From the NCBI GenBank assembly GCA_964360445.1, contig CAYHWE010000001.1, positions 221 through 47,411 of the forward strand: a DNA stretch of 47,191 nucleotides, written 5' to 3'. Below are positions 29,579-39,460 of the stretch, piece by piece. The notes under the pieces were generated by a model. The model worked only from the letters and a program-made list of their open reading frames with translations, did not search any database and was not told the origin of the DNA. A program made the position numbers and the translations under genes. How positions within the stretch are numbered: the stretch's first letter is position 1; the number at the start of each line of letters is the position of its first letter. The stretch is from an uncultured Gammaproteobacteria bacterium (GTDB lineage: Bacteria > Patescibacteriota > Patescibacteriia > Patescibacteriales > JAKAJF01).

Positions 29579-31402
29579 GTGAAAAAACTCTTAGTAGCGC
29601 TGATGCTGTTTATGGTTGCGACCATAGCGGCGACGGCTGCTATGGGGGCGACCCAGAAGTATTCCGGAGAGGATTTAATGAAATCCGGTAAAATGATTAC
29701 CCTTCAAGGGGCAAAACAGGCCAATCCCGCTCCTGGGCATGATGATCTTAAATGGAATGTGTGTCTCATCTGCCATGCAGATGGTGATGAGCCGCTACTT
29801 TCGGATTATTATACTCATGAATTGGAGGAGAAGTGCTTGAAGTGCCACAATACAGTCAGTTGGCACAATAATCCTTTAATTAAAAAGGCAGACAAATCTA
29901 AGGAGCAGGCGAATAAAAAGCATGTCGCCAAAAAGACGGATAAGACGAAACAGCAGCAGGCAAAGAAACCGGTTTCCAGGAAGATGGAGAGGGCGGTATC
30001 GGTTACGCATATTCCCTTCGGAGAGTCATACACGGTTAAGAAGGGCGACAGCCTTGCCCGCATAGCGAAGAGATTCGGGATGCATTGGCAGGTTGTCTAC
30101 GCCCTTAACAGGGATATCGTAGGCAAAAATCCCAATCGCATTTTCCCGAATCAAAAATTGAAGATGCCTGACAAAGGCGTCTTTCACTGGGTTAATGTCA
30201 ACGCTGATCCTTACGGCAATAAGGACATAAAGAAAGCCATTTATGTCTTTGATCTGCCCGAGGCTGTTAAGGATAAGGCTTTTAAGGCGATAGATAAAAC
30301 TCCCGGCCAGGCAGGAATCATATATCCCGGCCAGGTTTTCAGGCAGATGTGGTTTGGGAAAGGTTTGGCTAATAATGTTTTGGCCGCTTTCCCGTCTCCG
30401 ATAGAGACCAGGATGTGGATGATCGAACATGAAGAATCTCTTTATACGTTTTATAGGCCAGGTTGCACAAACTGGTCATATGACGTAAAAAAGATAATCC
30501 CGGTGGTCATCCTTGAGCCGAAAAAGAAAGAGATTCCGGCTATCATTCCTGAAAGAGAAACACCAGAGGAGACCACTCCTGTTCAGGAAGAAGAGATGCC
30601 GACATCTGCTCCGGATTTTGAAGGTATCGGAGAGATTGACGGAAGAAGTTTTCTTGATATATATGCCGGAGGCGGATCGTATGAAAGCTCAGGAAATAAC
30701 TCTGGGTCCTATTACTGGACCAAAGTAAGAATCAAGCCCTTTGACTATGAGTTTGATGGTATTAAGGGCAATTGGGGTATTTTCGGAACTTATGCCGCCG
30801 GAAGCGGCGACGATAACACATTCGGATACGACTGGAGTCGTTCCGTTGCCGGCTTGACTGCCAGCGCCATAGGCGACGACAAGGACTTTGACCTTGACGT
30901 CGGAGTCGGCAAGCAGTTCAGCAACGGCGAGCAGGATTTATACAAGAGCGAACAGGAAGATGACATTTTCCTTGTTTCCGCTCATGGTAATTTCTATGCC
31001 CGCCGCAACAGAGGCGAGTTGTGGTTCCCGAAAGCTGAGGTCAATTTGGAAGTCGTTCTTCCTTTTGATCAGGAGCACAAACACAGCTGGAACGGCCAAG
31101 AGTTAACTCCGGATCCTTTTAATAACCGTTATGCTGAAGTCATGATGACGCAGTATGTCTATGATTTTGATTTTGACGGCGTAAAAGTGACTCCCTGAAT
31201 TAATCTGGGCTTTAGCAATGAATACAGCGACGGAGGAGATAACCCGGACTATTTTTATCAGTTCGGTCCGACCGCGGCGCTTTCGTATAAAGGAATAGAC
31301 ATACTGAAATTGTCCGTCTTAAACTATAAGGACAACTTCAGTGAGAACAAGGACCATCAACTGCAGTTATTCAACCTTTCCCTGGGATACCAGTGGAAAT
31401 AA
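29579..31402 (+). CDS. Secreted protein with two CxxCH motifs, a LysM domain and a beta-strand-rich C-terminus; interrupted by an in-frame TGA at 31196-31198
   Basis: Signal peptide; CLICH and CLKCH; YTVKKGDSL..IA...N....NPN.IFP.QKL; frame stays open for 67 codons after the TGA, to TAA 31400-31402. Confidence 0.75.
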
Positions 31403-31411
31403 GGAGGAGAA

Positions 31412-31942
31412 ATGAAAAAGTTCTTTTTTATCACGTTGATGCTCGTGTTAATCATCAGTTTCGGTCAGTCGGCTTTCGCGGCCGAGTTGCCGGAGGCTGG
31501 GAATATCGTGGTAGAGGGCAAGGGCGGCGAGTTTAGCGCCTCGTGCTCCGACGACAAGATCGTCGTCAAAGCGCCCGTCCTTACCGCGCAGCTGGAGAAA
31601 GAGGGTCTTAAAACGACAAAATGGCAGCTTTACGCCAGCCAAAGCTACTCACAGGATAACAAGTGGGTAGTAATCCCCGAGGAAAATGACGAGAACTACG
31701 CAATCGGGGCGACCAATGAAGGTAATATGCTGACCAGTTACGTGGAGCCGTTCGGCAACCACAGATTCTACTGGCTCAGGATATGGGGAAAAGACTTGGT
31801 CTCCGGTAAATGGCTCTGGATAGACCAGAGCTCGTCTTTTTCCAGGCTCAATAAAAAGAAAGAGCCGAGCTACGAGATAATCGTAGACATGGTCAGTTGC
31901 AAGGTATTCGAAGTCCCTGAGAAATACAAAGTCAGGGATTAG
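31412..31942 (+). CDS. Secreted hypothetical protein
   Basis: SD AAGGAGG; signal peptide ending AFA-A. Confidence 0.75.
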   Translation: MKKFFFITLMLVLIISFGQSAFAAELPEAGNIVVEGKGGEFSASCSDDKIVVKAPVLTAQLEKEGLKTTKWQLYASQSYSQDNKWVVIPEENDENYAIGATNEGNMLTSYVEPFGNHRFYWLRIWGKDLVSGKWLWIDQSSSFSRLNKKKEPSYEIIVDMVSCKVFEVPEKYKVRD

Positions 31943-31967
31943 AATCCGGCGCCGGCCAATTAACAAC

Positions 31968-32002
31968 ACCCCGCATTTTCCGTAGAAAATGCGGGGTTTT
32001 TT
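31968..32002. terminator. Intrinsic terminator
   Basis: accccgcattttc-cgta-gaaaatgcggggt followed by a T run. Confidence 0.8.
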
Positions 32003-32015
32003 CTTGTTCAATATT

Positions 32016-33371
32016 TTAATCGGTTTGAGTTTTTGTTTTTGCCGTCGGAATGGCGAAGAGTCCGCCGATCAACGCCCAATACGCCCATTCCAGGGCCGTA
32101 TTTCTTAAAATATTGTCGGCAAAACTCATTGCGTATAAAGAAAATGTCAGGCCGATTGTTAAGAGTATTAAAATTTTAAAATTAGCCAGCTCGGTCTTTT
32201 TATATTTTGTTAAAAGATAATAAAATAAAGAGATTATTATGAAGAGATAAGAGGCAAGTCCGAGGTATCCGTTTTCCAAAGCGATTTTCAGATAATCGTT
32301 ATGCGGATCGGACGAGCCGAAACTCTCTCCGCGTTTTTGCAAAATCAATTCTTTCGCCATCCCCGTGCCATGCCCGAAAAATTTTTTCTCCCGGACATAA
32401 CCGATACTATCCTGCCAAAGATCAAGGCGCCAGTCGATGGAGCTGTATTGGTTATTTGAAGGGAATAGGTCTCTGATCCTTGTGTTGATTGATTCGGAGC
32501 TGACGAATAATATGAGCAGGATGAAAAATGAGATGATCAATAATTTCCTGAATCGGATTATGCCGATCAGCGCTATCGTCATAAGCAAAGCGAGCCAGGC
32601 TCCGCGGGTAAAAGTAAGGATCAGCATAGCGGTGAAAAACGGCATCAGGAGTGCGAACATCAGATTGTTTATCTTTTTCCGGTTGCTGATTAAAAAAATG
32701 AACAAGGTGATTGTTATCGCGATTACAAGATAATATGCGAACAGGTTCGGATGGGCGAATGTGCCATAAATCCTATTATAGATGCCTTCGAGAGGAACGC
32801 TCATCCCTGTTTTGGTCATAGACTGATAGGCGGCGACTACGCTCGGGATGATTGCGGAAGCGGCTATTGTCTTTATCAGATTGATGAAGTCTTTTGTCGA
32901 ACCGGTAAGGATAAAGCCGAGAGCGAACAGCGAGAAGATGCTTAAGAGCCTGAAGCATTCGGTCAACCCGACGGGAATATGTCCGGAAATGAAAGAAGAG
33001 ATGAACGCAAGAGATAAGAATAGGGAAACGGGAATCAGGAGGGGGATGCCTTTGAATTTGGAAAAATTATTGTAGATGATATAGCCGGTGAAAAAAAGAG
33101 TGATGCCGCCGATTATGAAAGAGAACCTGATATTATATCCGAAAGCAGCAATCGGCTCGCTGTAAAACAGATCAAGGACAGGCCTTAAAAAAATCAAAAG
33201 ATAAAGGCCTGTCTTGTTATTTATGAACAAGACGATGAAAAGATAATAAATCAGGACCAGGAACAGGATGAAAATCGGCTTAAGGGCGATGAAAGGCAAT
33301 ATCACGGCCAGGAATCCGGTAGCTATCAGGAGGATCTGCCACGGTTTATTTTTTTGTATTATGCTTGACAT
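32016..33371 (-). CDS. O-antigen ligase/Wzy-family membrane protein
   Basis: RIYGTFAHPN, LTFTRGAW and PHNDYL.IALE.G; many TM segments. Confidence 0.88.
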   Translation of the reverse strand: MSSIIQKNKPWQILLIATGFLAVILPFIALKPIFILFLVLIYYLFIVLFINNKTGLYLLIFLRPVLDLFYSEPIAAFGYNIRFSFIIGGITLFFTGYIIYNNFSKFKGIPLLIPVSLFLSLAFISSFISGHIPVGLTECFRLLSIFSLFALGFILTGSTKDFINLIKTIAASAIIPSVVAAYQSMTKTGMSVPLEGIYNRIYGTFAHPNLFAYYLVIAITITLFIFLISNRKKINNLMFALLMPFFTAMLILTFTRGAWLALLMTIALIGIIRFRKLLIISFFILLILFVSSESINTRIRDLFPSNNQYSSIDWRLDLWQDSIGYVREKKFFGHGTGMAKELILQKRGESFGSSDPHNDYLKIALENGYLGLASYLFIIISLFYYLLTKYKKTELANFKILILLTIGLTFSLYAMSFADNILRNTALEWAYWALIGGLFAIPTAKTKTQTD

Positions 33372-33440
33372 TAATTCAATTTTATGCTAAAATTACAGGT
33401 ATTTTATTTATCCAGATTAATTTAATTTTAGCCTAATATT

Positions 33441-34406
33441 ATGCAAAAAGCAAGGATAAAAGATGTCGTGCTTGCCATAACCTACAACTGCAATTCGCGT
33501 TGCCGGATGTGTAATATTTGGCAAAAAACGGATAATATCAATGCTTTGGGCAAAGACGAACTCCTTAATCTGCCTGAAAATCTTGAAAATATCAATATCT
33601 CCGGAGGCGAACCCTTTTTAAGGACTGACTTGCCGGAATTGATCGGGGCGATCAAAACCAGATGCCCAAAGGCTAAAGTTATTATTTCTACCAACGGCTT
33701 TGCGACAGACGCGGTCCTTGGCCAAATGGAGAAAATATTAAAGACAATGCCGGAAATCGGCGTAGCGGTTTCTTTGGATGGGGTGAGCGAAAAGCATGAC
33801 CAGATCAGGGGCATTCCGGGCGGTTTTGAAAAAGCGACTGCGACTCTGAAGGGATTGCAGAAGATGGGGGCGACGAATCTGAGGATCGGTTTCACTCTTG
33901 GCGACTATAACACGGAAGAATTGGAAAAGATGTATGATTTTGCAGACCAGCTCGGCATCCAGATGACTTTAGCGGTCGTCCATTCAAGCGAGAATTATTT
34001 TTCAAAAGATAACGCAATCAAAAATAAAGAGGTGATTTTGGAAAAATTGGATTGGCTAATGAAAAAAGAGCTCGGAAGTTTTGATCTGAAAAGATGGGCC
34101 AGAGCTTATTTCGCTTACGGCCTGAAATATTTTGTGCAAAGCGGAAAAAGGATCCTGCCTGATTATTCCGGAATCCTGAATGTCTTTATCGATCCGCTAG
34201 GAGATATTTATGCTTCTGATGTTTCAACAACGCCGATCGGAAAATTGGATAAGACGGGCATGAAAATAAGTCATAAGAAAGATAGCCATGAAAGCTGGAT
34301 GATCTGCACCGCAAGGACAGCGATCAAAAAGCACTGGTTTAAAGCCGGATTTTGGATTGTAAAAAATAAATTATATAGCAGTTATGAAAATCTTACAAAT
34401 AAATAA
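33441..34406 (+). CDS. Radical SAM protein with a degenerate SPASM/twitch-like C-terminus
   Basis: CNSRCRMC, SGGEPFLR, STNG and VSLDG. Confidence 0.9.
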   Translation: MQKARIKDVVLAITYNCNSRCRMCNIWQKTDNINALGKDELLNLPENLENINISGGEPFLRTDLPELIGAIKTRCPKAKVIISTNGFATDAVLGQMEKILKTMPEIGVAVSLDGVSEKHDQIRGIPGGFEKATATLKGLQKMGATNLRIGFTLGDYNTEELEKMYDFADQLGIQMTLAVVHSSENYFSKDNAIKNKEVILEKLDWLMKKELGSFDLKRWARAYFAYGLKYFVQSGKRILPDYSGILNVFIDPLGDIYASDVSTTPIGKLDKTGMKISHKKDSHESWMICTARTAIKKHWFKAGFWIVKNKLYSSYENLTNK

Positions 34407-35604
34407 ATTTTATTATTTGCGCGGAGGAGCGGAGAGATATTTCTTCGATCTGATGAAGTTGCTTGAGAGCAGCGGGCATAAGGCCGTTCCTTTTTCTATG
34501 AATGACAGCCGCAACGAAATGACTCCTTATCAGAAATATTTCATCGATAAAGTTGAGCTGGATAAATTCAGCGTAAGAAATATAATAAAGTTTTTTTACA
34601 ATTATGACGCTGTCCGCAGGCTGAAAAAGGCGATCAAGGAAGAGAAGCCGGATATCGCGCATCTGCACAATATCGCGCATCAGATGAGTCCGGCGATCAT
34701 CCGGGTCCTGAAACGGAACAATATTCCGGTTATCCAGACTCTGCATGATTATAAGATCGTTTGCCCTAATTACAGATTATTCAGTAAAAATGAAGTCTGT
34801 TTTAAGTGCAAGGGCGGAAAATTCTATAACTGCGCCATGCGGAAATGCATGAATGGTTCGCGCCTGAAAAGTATCTTGGCGGCAATCGAGGCTTATCTCA
34901 ATAAGGATATTTATAAGCAGGTCGACCTGTTCATCGCTCCCAGCGAATTTATGAAAAAAATCTGCGTGGAGGGCGGTATTCCCGAAAACAAAATAAGAGT
35001 TATGCGTAATTTCGTTTCCCCTTCTTTTATGACAGCCGGAATAGAAAACAAGCCGGAGGATTATTTTTTCTATTATGGCAGGCTTTCAGGAGAGAAAGGG
35101 ATAGACATCCTGTTGGAAGCGACAAAAAAAGAAAATTTCAATCTGAAAATCGCCGGAGTCGGGCCAGACCACGAAAGGTTGAAATCAGAAATCAAAAATT
35201 GGAAATTGGAAGACAGGGTGGAGCTGATCGGTCCGAAATATGGCGAAGAGCTGAAGAAGCTGATTGGCGGAGCAAGAGCGGTAATAGTGCCTTCGATTTG
35301 GCCGGAAAATATGCCTTTGAATATTTTGGAATCGATGTTTTTAGGAAGGCCGGTTATCGCTTCAATGATCGGCGGCATACCCGAAATCATCAAAGACGGG
35401 AAAACAGGTTTCTTATTCGAGCCGGGCAATGTTGACAGTCTTTTGTCTAAAATTAGGGAAATATCAGCTGATGATTTTTCCAGGATGGGCTTGGACGCTA
35501 GAAATGACATAGCCGGCTTGAAGGGGGATGAGTATTGCAGGGGATTATGCCTGTTATACAAAAAAGTCATAAAAGAAAGCAGGAAAGCCATGGCCAGGGC
35601 TTAA
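34384..35604 (+). CDS. Glycosyltransferase family 4
   Basis: GGAERY, GRLS.EKG and PSIW.ENMP..ILES. Confidence 0.92.
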   Translation: MKILQINKFYYLRGGAERYFFDLMKLLESSGHKAVPFSMNDSRNEMTPYQKYFIDKVELDKFSVRNIIKFFYNYDAVRRLKKAIKEEKPDIAHLHNIAHQMSPAIIRVLKRNNIPVIQTLHDYKIVCPNYRLFSKNEVCFKCKGGKFYNCAMRKCMNGSRLKSILAAIEAYLNKDIYKQVDLFIAPSEFMKKICVEGGIPENKIRVMRNFVSPSFMTAGIENKPEDYFFYYGRLSGEKGIDILLEATKKENFNLKIAGVGPDHERLKSEIKNWKLEDRVELIGPKYGEELKKLIGGARAVIVPSIWPENMPLNILESMFLGRPVIASMIGGIPEIIKDGKTGFLFEPGNVDSLLSKIREISADDFSRMGLDARNDIAGLKGDEYCRGLCLLYKKVIKESRKAMARA

Positions 35605-35680
35605 AGCCTTGACATATTCAGAAGATTATGTTAAAATTATAAGTTAATTTTTTATATAAAAATTTTTAAATTACACGCGT

Positions 35681-36961
35681 ATGAAAAAGAAAATCTTATC
35701 TTTGTTTTTAGCGCTTGTTGTGATCGCGGCATCATTGGCGGCGATACCGGGAGCAAAAAGCAAGACAAAATCCTATTATAGCGGCGACGCTATGGCTTTC
35801 GACAACAGGATCATCATCGCTTCCGCGAATATGAGCGGTATCGAGTTGTTTGAAGTTGAAAATAAAAAATTAGTCCAGAAAGCGAAAATCGAATCATTCA
35901 GGGCCAAGTATTCCGGGCTCGACAGCTATAACAGCCTGGTTATGAACGAAGAGGACGGCAAACTGTATGTTTATGCCGTTGACGGCGAATATCTGTATAA
36001 ATACGATATTACCGACTCTTCCGCTCCCGACTTAGTCGGCCAGGAAAAAGACAGCGCTTGGGATTGGTTCGGCGGCGTTGAAAAAAACGGAAACAGGATC
36101 ATTACGATCGGCACAAAAGGGATGAAGATCTGGAGCTATGACCTGGAAATAATCGATTCTTATGATCTGCCGAAGGACAAAAACCAGTATAATGTATTGT
36201 TCAGCCAGAATGGAAGCTATGTTTTTGACTTAAACGACGATGAGATGAGTATTTTTGATACGAACACAAGACAGATCATCTCGACTTTTACGATAACAGC
36301 TTCCGAAAATCATAATAGGAAAGCATACAATGACCCGAGCGACAGCAGTATTTATATCGCTGACGATGAAAGCCTTAAAAAATTTGATTTTTCCGGAGGG
36401 ATCAAAAAACAATTTTATCATACTTCGACTTTGGGCTATGATGTTGCCGGTTCCGGCGATTATATTTATTTTTCCGACGGCATCGGCGTGGTCAAATCAA
36501 GAAAAAGCGATCTGAAGCCGGTAGACTGGATCCATACGAGCGCGATAGACGGATCAGGCTGGGCTATGGGATTGAGAGTCGCTGCGCAGAACAGCAAGGA
36601 TTATGTGATTGTTTTCAATAACGCGAGCATAGTGCTTCTGGACAATAATCTTGATAAATTGGATAGCTTCAAAGCGACAGAAGATGCTGACATAACATCG
36701 ACTTCAGAGCCGTTGTCTTTATCGATCGATAAGAACAGGGCGGCCGTGAATTCTTATGTTTCATTGCGCGGAGCCGGTTATGGCGCCAATGAAGAACTTA
36801 CGATTGATTTCGGCGGCGTGAAAAGCGTATCCGCGGCGGACGAAGATGGAAGGTTTACGCAGATTTTGCAGGTTCCGGATCTTGATGCAGGCAGGACCGA
36901 TATAAAAGTTACCGGCGAATCAACCGGATTCAGCTACAGCCTCGGCTTCTTGGTCGAGTAA
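35681..36961 (+). CDS. Secreted beta-propeller-like protein with a C-terminal Ig-like domain
   Basis: Signal peptide and repeated short beta-strand motifs; fold is inferred. Confidence 0.65.
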   Translation: MKKKILSLFLALVVIAASLAAIPGAKSKTKSYYSGDAMAFDNRIIIASANMSGIELFEVENKKLVQKAKIESFRAKYSGLDSYNSLVMNEEDGKLYVYAVDGEYLYKYDITDSSAPDLVGQEKDSAWDWFGGVEKNGNRIITIGTKGMKIWSYDLEIIDSYDLPKDKNQYNVLFSQNGSYVFDLNDDEMSIFDTNTRQIISTFTITASENHNRKAYNDPSDSSIYIADDESLKKFDFSGGIKKQFYHTSTLGYDVAGSGDYIYFSDGIGVVKSRKSDLKPVDWIHTSAIDGSGWAMGLRVAAQNSKDYVIVFNNASIVLLDNNLDKLDSFKATEDADITSTSEPLSLSIDKNRAAVNSYVSLRGAGYGANEELTIDFGGVKSVSAADEDGRFTQILQVPDLDAGRTDIKVTGESTGFSYSLGFLVE

Positions 36962-37019
36962 ACCGAGCATTGACTTGAGCGTCGGAAAGTGCTAATCTGT
37001 TGCTCTTAAGTCCTATCGT

Positions 37020-38189
37020 ATGAAGATATATTTTATCGGACAAAAAGGAATACCGGCAAGATCAGGAGGCGTGGAAAAACACGTTGAAGAGCTTTCGGTC
37101 AGGCTGGCAAAACAAGGACATGAAGTTTTTGTTTATACGCGTCCGAACTACACAAAATCCAACCTTAAGAAATACAAAGGCGTCCATCTGATCAGCCTTC
37201 GTAATATTCCCACTAAGCACATGGATGCCATCAGCCATACTTTTATGGCCTGCATGGATATGTTATTCAGGAAAGCCGATATTATCCATTTCCATTCGAT
37301 CGGCCCGTCTTCTCTTATCTGGCTGGTAAAAATATTGAAGCCTGGCGTTCCTGTTATCGCCACTTTCCATACTAGATGTTATTTCCATAGAAAATGGGGA
37401 ATTTTTGCCCGTTTTTATCTTAAGGTGGGCGAGTTTTTTGCTTGCGTTCTGGCTGATAAGACGATTGCGGTTTCGCAGACTCTGGCAAGATATGTAAAAA
37501 GCAGATATAACAAGAATGTAATTTATATCCCGAACGGAGTCGAGCTGCCGATCCGATTCCAACCCCGTCTTATCAAAAAATGGGGCCTGAAAAAGAACGG
37601 TTATATTCTGGCGGTATCAAGATTGGTAAGGCACAAGGGCTTGCATACTCTGATCAGCGCTTATGGCAGGATCAGGACTGATAAAAAATTAGTGATTGTC
37701 GGAGGCGGCGCTTTTACGGATGACTATGTCATGGAACTGAAAGAACTTGCCGGAGATAATAAGAGTATCGTTTTTACAGGCCAGCAGTCCGGGCGGGCGT
37801 TGAAAGAATTATTCGCCAACGCATATCTTTTCGTGCAGCCCTCGGAATCGGAAGGCTTGTCCATAGCCCTTCTTGAGGCCATGTCTCATAGAAAAGCGGT
37901 TTTAGCAAGCGATATAGAAGAAAATAAAGAAGCTATCGGAAGGACCGGGGTTATCTTTAAGGTTAATGATATCGATAGTTTAAAAAGCAAGCTGCAGCTT
38001 ATGCTGAAAAAACCCAGCCTGATCAGGGAAAAGGGAAATTCAGGGAAAAAAAGAGTGGAAAAATTTTATAATTGGGCGGACATTTCCGATGAAATAACCG
38101 ATATATACAGGAAGGCGGCGGCAGATAAGAATAAGATTATCCTGCCGAATCTTAAGCTGGCAAAAAAGTTTCTTGGTATTTGGTTTTAA
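37020..38189 (+). CDS. Glycosyltransferase family 4
   Basis: GIPA..GGVE, RLV.HKG and EGLSIALLEAM. Confidence 0.92.
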   Translation: MKIYFIGQKGIPARSGGVEKHVEELSVRLAKQGHEVFVYTRPNYTKSNLKKYKGVHLISLRNIPTKHMDAISHTFMACMDMLFRKADIIHFHSIGPSSLIWLVKILKPGVPVIATFHTRCYFHRKWGIFARFYLKVGEFFACVLADKTIAVSQTLARYVKSRYNKNVIYIPNGVELPIRFQPRLIKKWGLKKNGYILAVSRLVRHKGLHTLISAYGRIRTDKKLVIVGGGAFTDDYVMELKELAGDNKSIVFTGQQSGRALKELFANAYLFVQPSESEGLSIALLEAMSHRKAVLASDIEENKEAIGRTGVIFKVNDIDSLKSKLQLMLKKPSLIREKGNSGKKRVEKFYNWADISDEITDIYRKAAADKNKIILPNLKLAKKFLGIWF

Positions 38190-38214
38190 TCAGATTGCGT
38201 GATAAGCTTTTTAT

Positions 38215-38589
38215 ATGATTATCCATATAAATACGACTAAAAATAGAATATTAGAAATTATTCTGAAGAAAGGTGATGCGATTCTGGCAAAAAAAGAGGT
38301 CAAATCAGATTTTGACCAGGGAGAAAAAATATTGCCGGCGATCGATAAGCTATTGAAAAGCAAAAAAATCGGGTTGGAAGAAATTACCGGGATAGAAGTA
38401 GCCAATAAAGGCGGCAGCTTTACGTCTTTAAGGATCGGAGTGGTGACGGCAAATGCCCTGGGGTATGCGCTGGGCGCGCCGGTAAAAGGAGAATGCGGAG
38501 AAGGCAAGCATGAGTCAGGCTTTGATATTGTCGAGCCGTTTTATGATAAGGAGCCTAACATAGGAAGGCGTGTAACGCATAGTATATAA
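38215..38589 (+). CDS. tsaB: Short TsaB (YeaZ)-like protein
   Basis: LPAID.LL and GGSFTSLRIGV..ANAL; only 124 aa. Confidence 0.75.
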   Translation: MIIHINTTKNRILEIILKKGDAILAKKEVKSDFDQGEKILPAIDKLLKSKKIGLEEITGIEVANKGGSFTSLRIGVVTANALGYALGAPVKGECGEGKHESGFDIVEPFYDKEPNIGRRVTHSI

Positions 38590-38656
38590 CGTGTAACGCA
38601 ATTGTGGATTAGCTGTTGAAAACTATGGTAAAAAAACAGTATTTTTAAAAAATTTC

Positions 38657-38704
38657 AAATAAAATAAAAACCCGCTTATTGATAAGCGGGTTTTTATTTT
38701 ATTT
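38657..38704. terminator. Long perfect inverted repeat (23-bp arms), probable bidirectional terminator
   Basis: aaataaaataaaaacccgcttat-tg-ataagcgggtttttattttattt. Confidence 0.8.
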
Positions 38705-38745
38705 TTTCTTTTATTTTAGGCAAAATATCAACGTGTCAAATATAG

Positions 38746-38812
38746 TTGACCCGAGGCGGATTGTGGCGTATAATAAAGTTATAAAGGTGAAAAGTGGGGA
38801 ATAGTGGGGCAA
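38746..38812 (+). promoter_or_regulatory. mraZ/dcw promoter with probable MraZ-binding repeats
   Basis: TTGACC(38746)-17 bp-TATAAT(38769); GTGGG at 38794 and 38804 (10-bp period). Confidence 0.7.
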
Positions 38813-38889
38813 GGGATTTAAGATTATTGAGAACATTGGGACTATTAAGATTCTTGAGATGATTAAATAACCCCAAAGATATCAAATAA

Positions 38890-39321
38890 ATGTTCATCGG
38901 AGAATACAATCACAATCTTGATTCGAAGGGAAGGTTGGCTGTGCCGGCTAAATTCCGTTCTTTGCTGAAAGATGGAGCAGTTGTTACAAGAGGATTGGAT
39001 AACTGCCTTTTTTTGTATCCCAAAAAGCAGTGGGCGATCGAGGCGCAGAAAATTGCCGGTATGCCGATCAGCCAGGCCAACGCCCGCGCTTTTTCAAGAC
39101 ATATGCTGGCCGGCGCCATGGATGTTGATTTTGACAGCCAGGGAAGGATCACATTGCCGGAATATCTCAGGAAATTCGCCGGATTGAAAAAAGATACGAT
39201 AATCGCCGGACTTTATGACAAACTGGAAATCTGGGATCAGAAGGCCTGGGAGAAATATAAAGCCAAGACAGAAAAAGACAGCAATTTAATAGCCGAGACA
39301 TTGGGGGAATTGGGAGTGTAG
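38890..39321 (+). CDS. mraZ: Transcriptional regulator MraZ
   Basis: MFIGEY.H.LDSKGR and DSQGRI. Confidence 0.97.
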   Translation: MFIGEYNHNLDSKGRLAVPAKFRSLLKDGAVVTRGLDNCLFLYPKKQWAIEAQKIAGMPISQANARAFSRHMLAGAMDVDFDSQGRITLPEYLRKFAGLKKDTIIAGLYDKLEIWDQKAWEKYKAKTEKDSNLIAETLGELGV

Positions 39322-39460
39322 AAAATTTAAAATGTAAATATCAAAATGCAAAATGACAATGCAAAAATTCAAAATATATTATCATCCGAGATGACAAGGA
39401 GAATTTTAATTTTAACATTTTAAACTGCAATTTTACATTTTGATTTTTAAATTTTGAATT

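Noticed and set aside
31196-31198. Genome-wide TGA recoding, or selenocysteine
   Set aside because: TGA is the evident stop for pcm, rsmH and the response regulator. The context is not a Cys-type site and no convincing SECIS-like hairpin was seen.
38569-38630. Possible DnaA boxes/oriC upstream of mraZ (TGTGGATTA, plus direct repeat CGTGTAACGCA x2)
   Set aside because: Only one near-match box was found, which is too little to call an origin.
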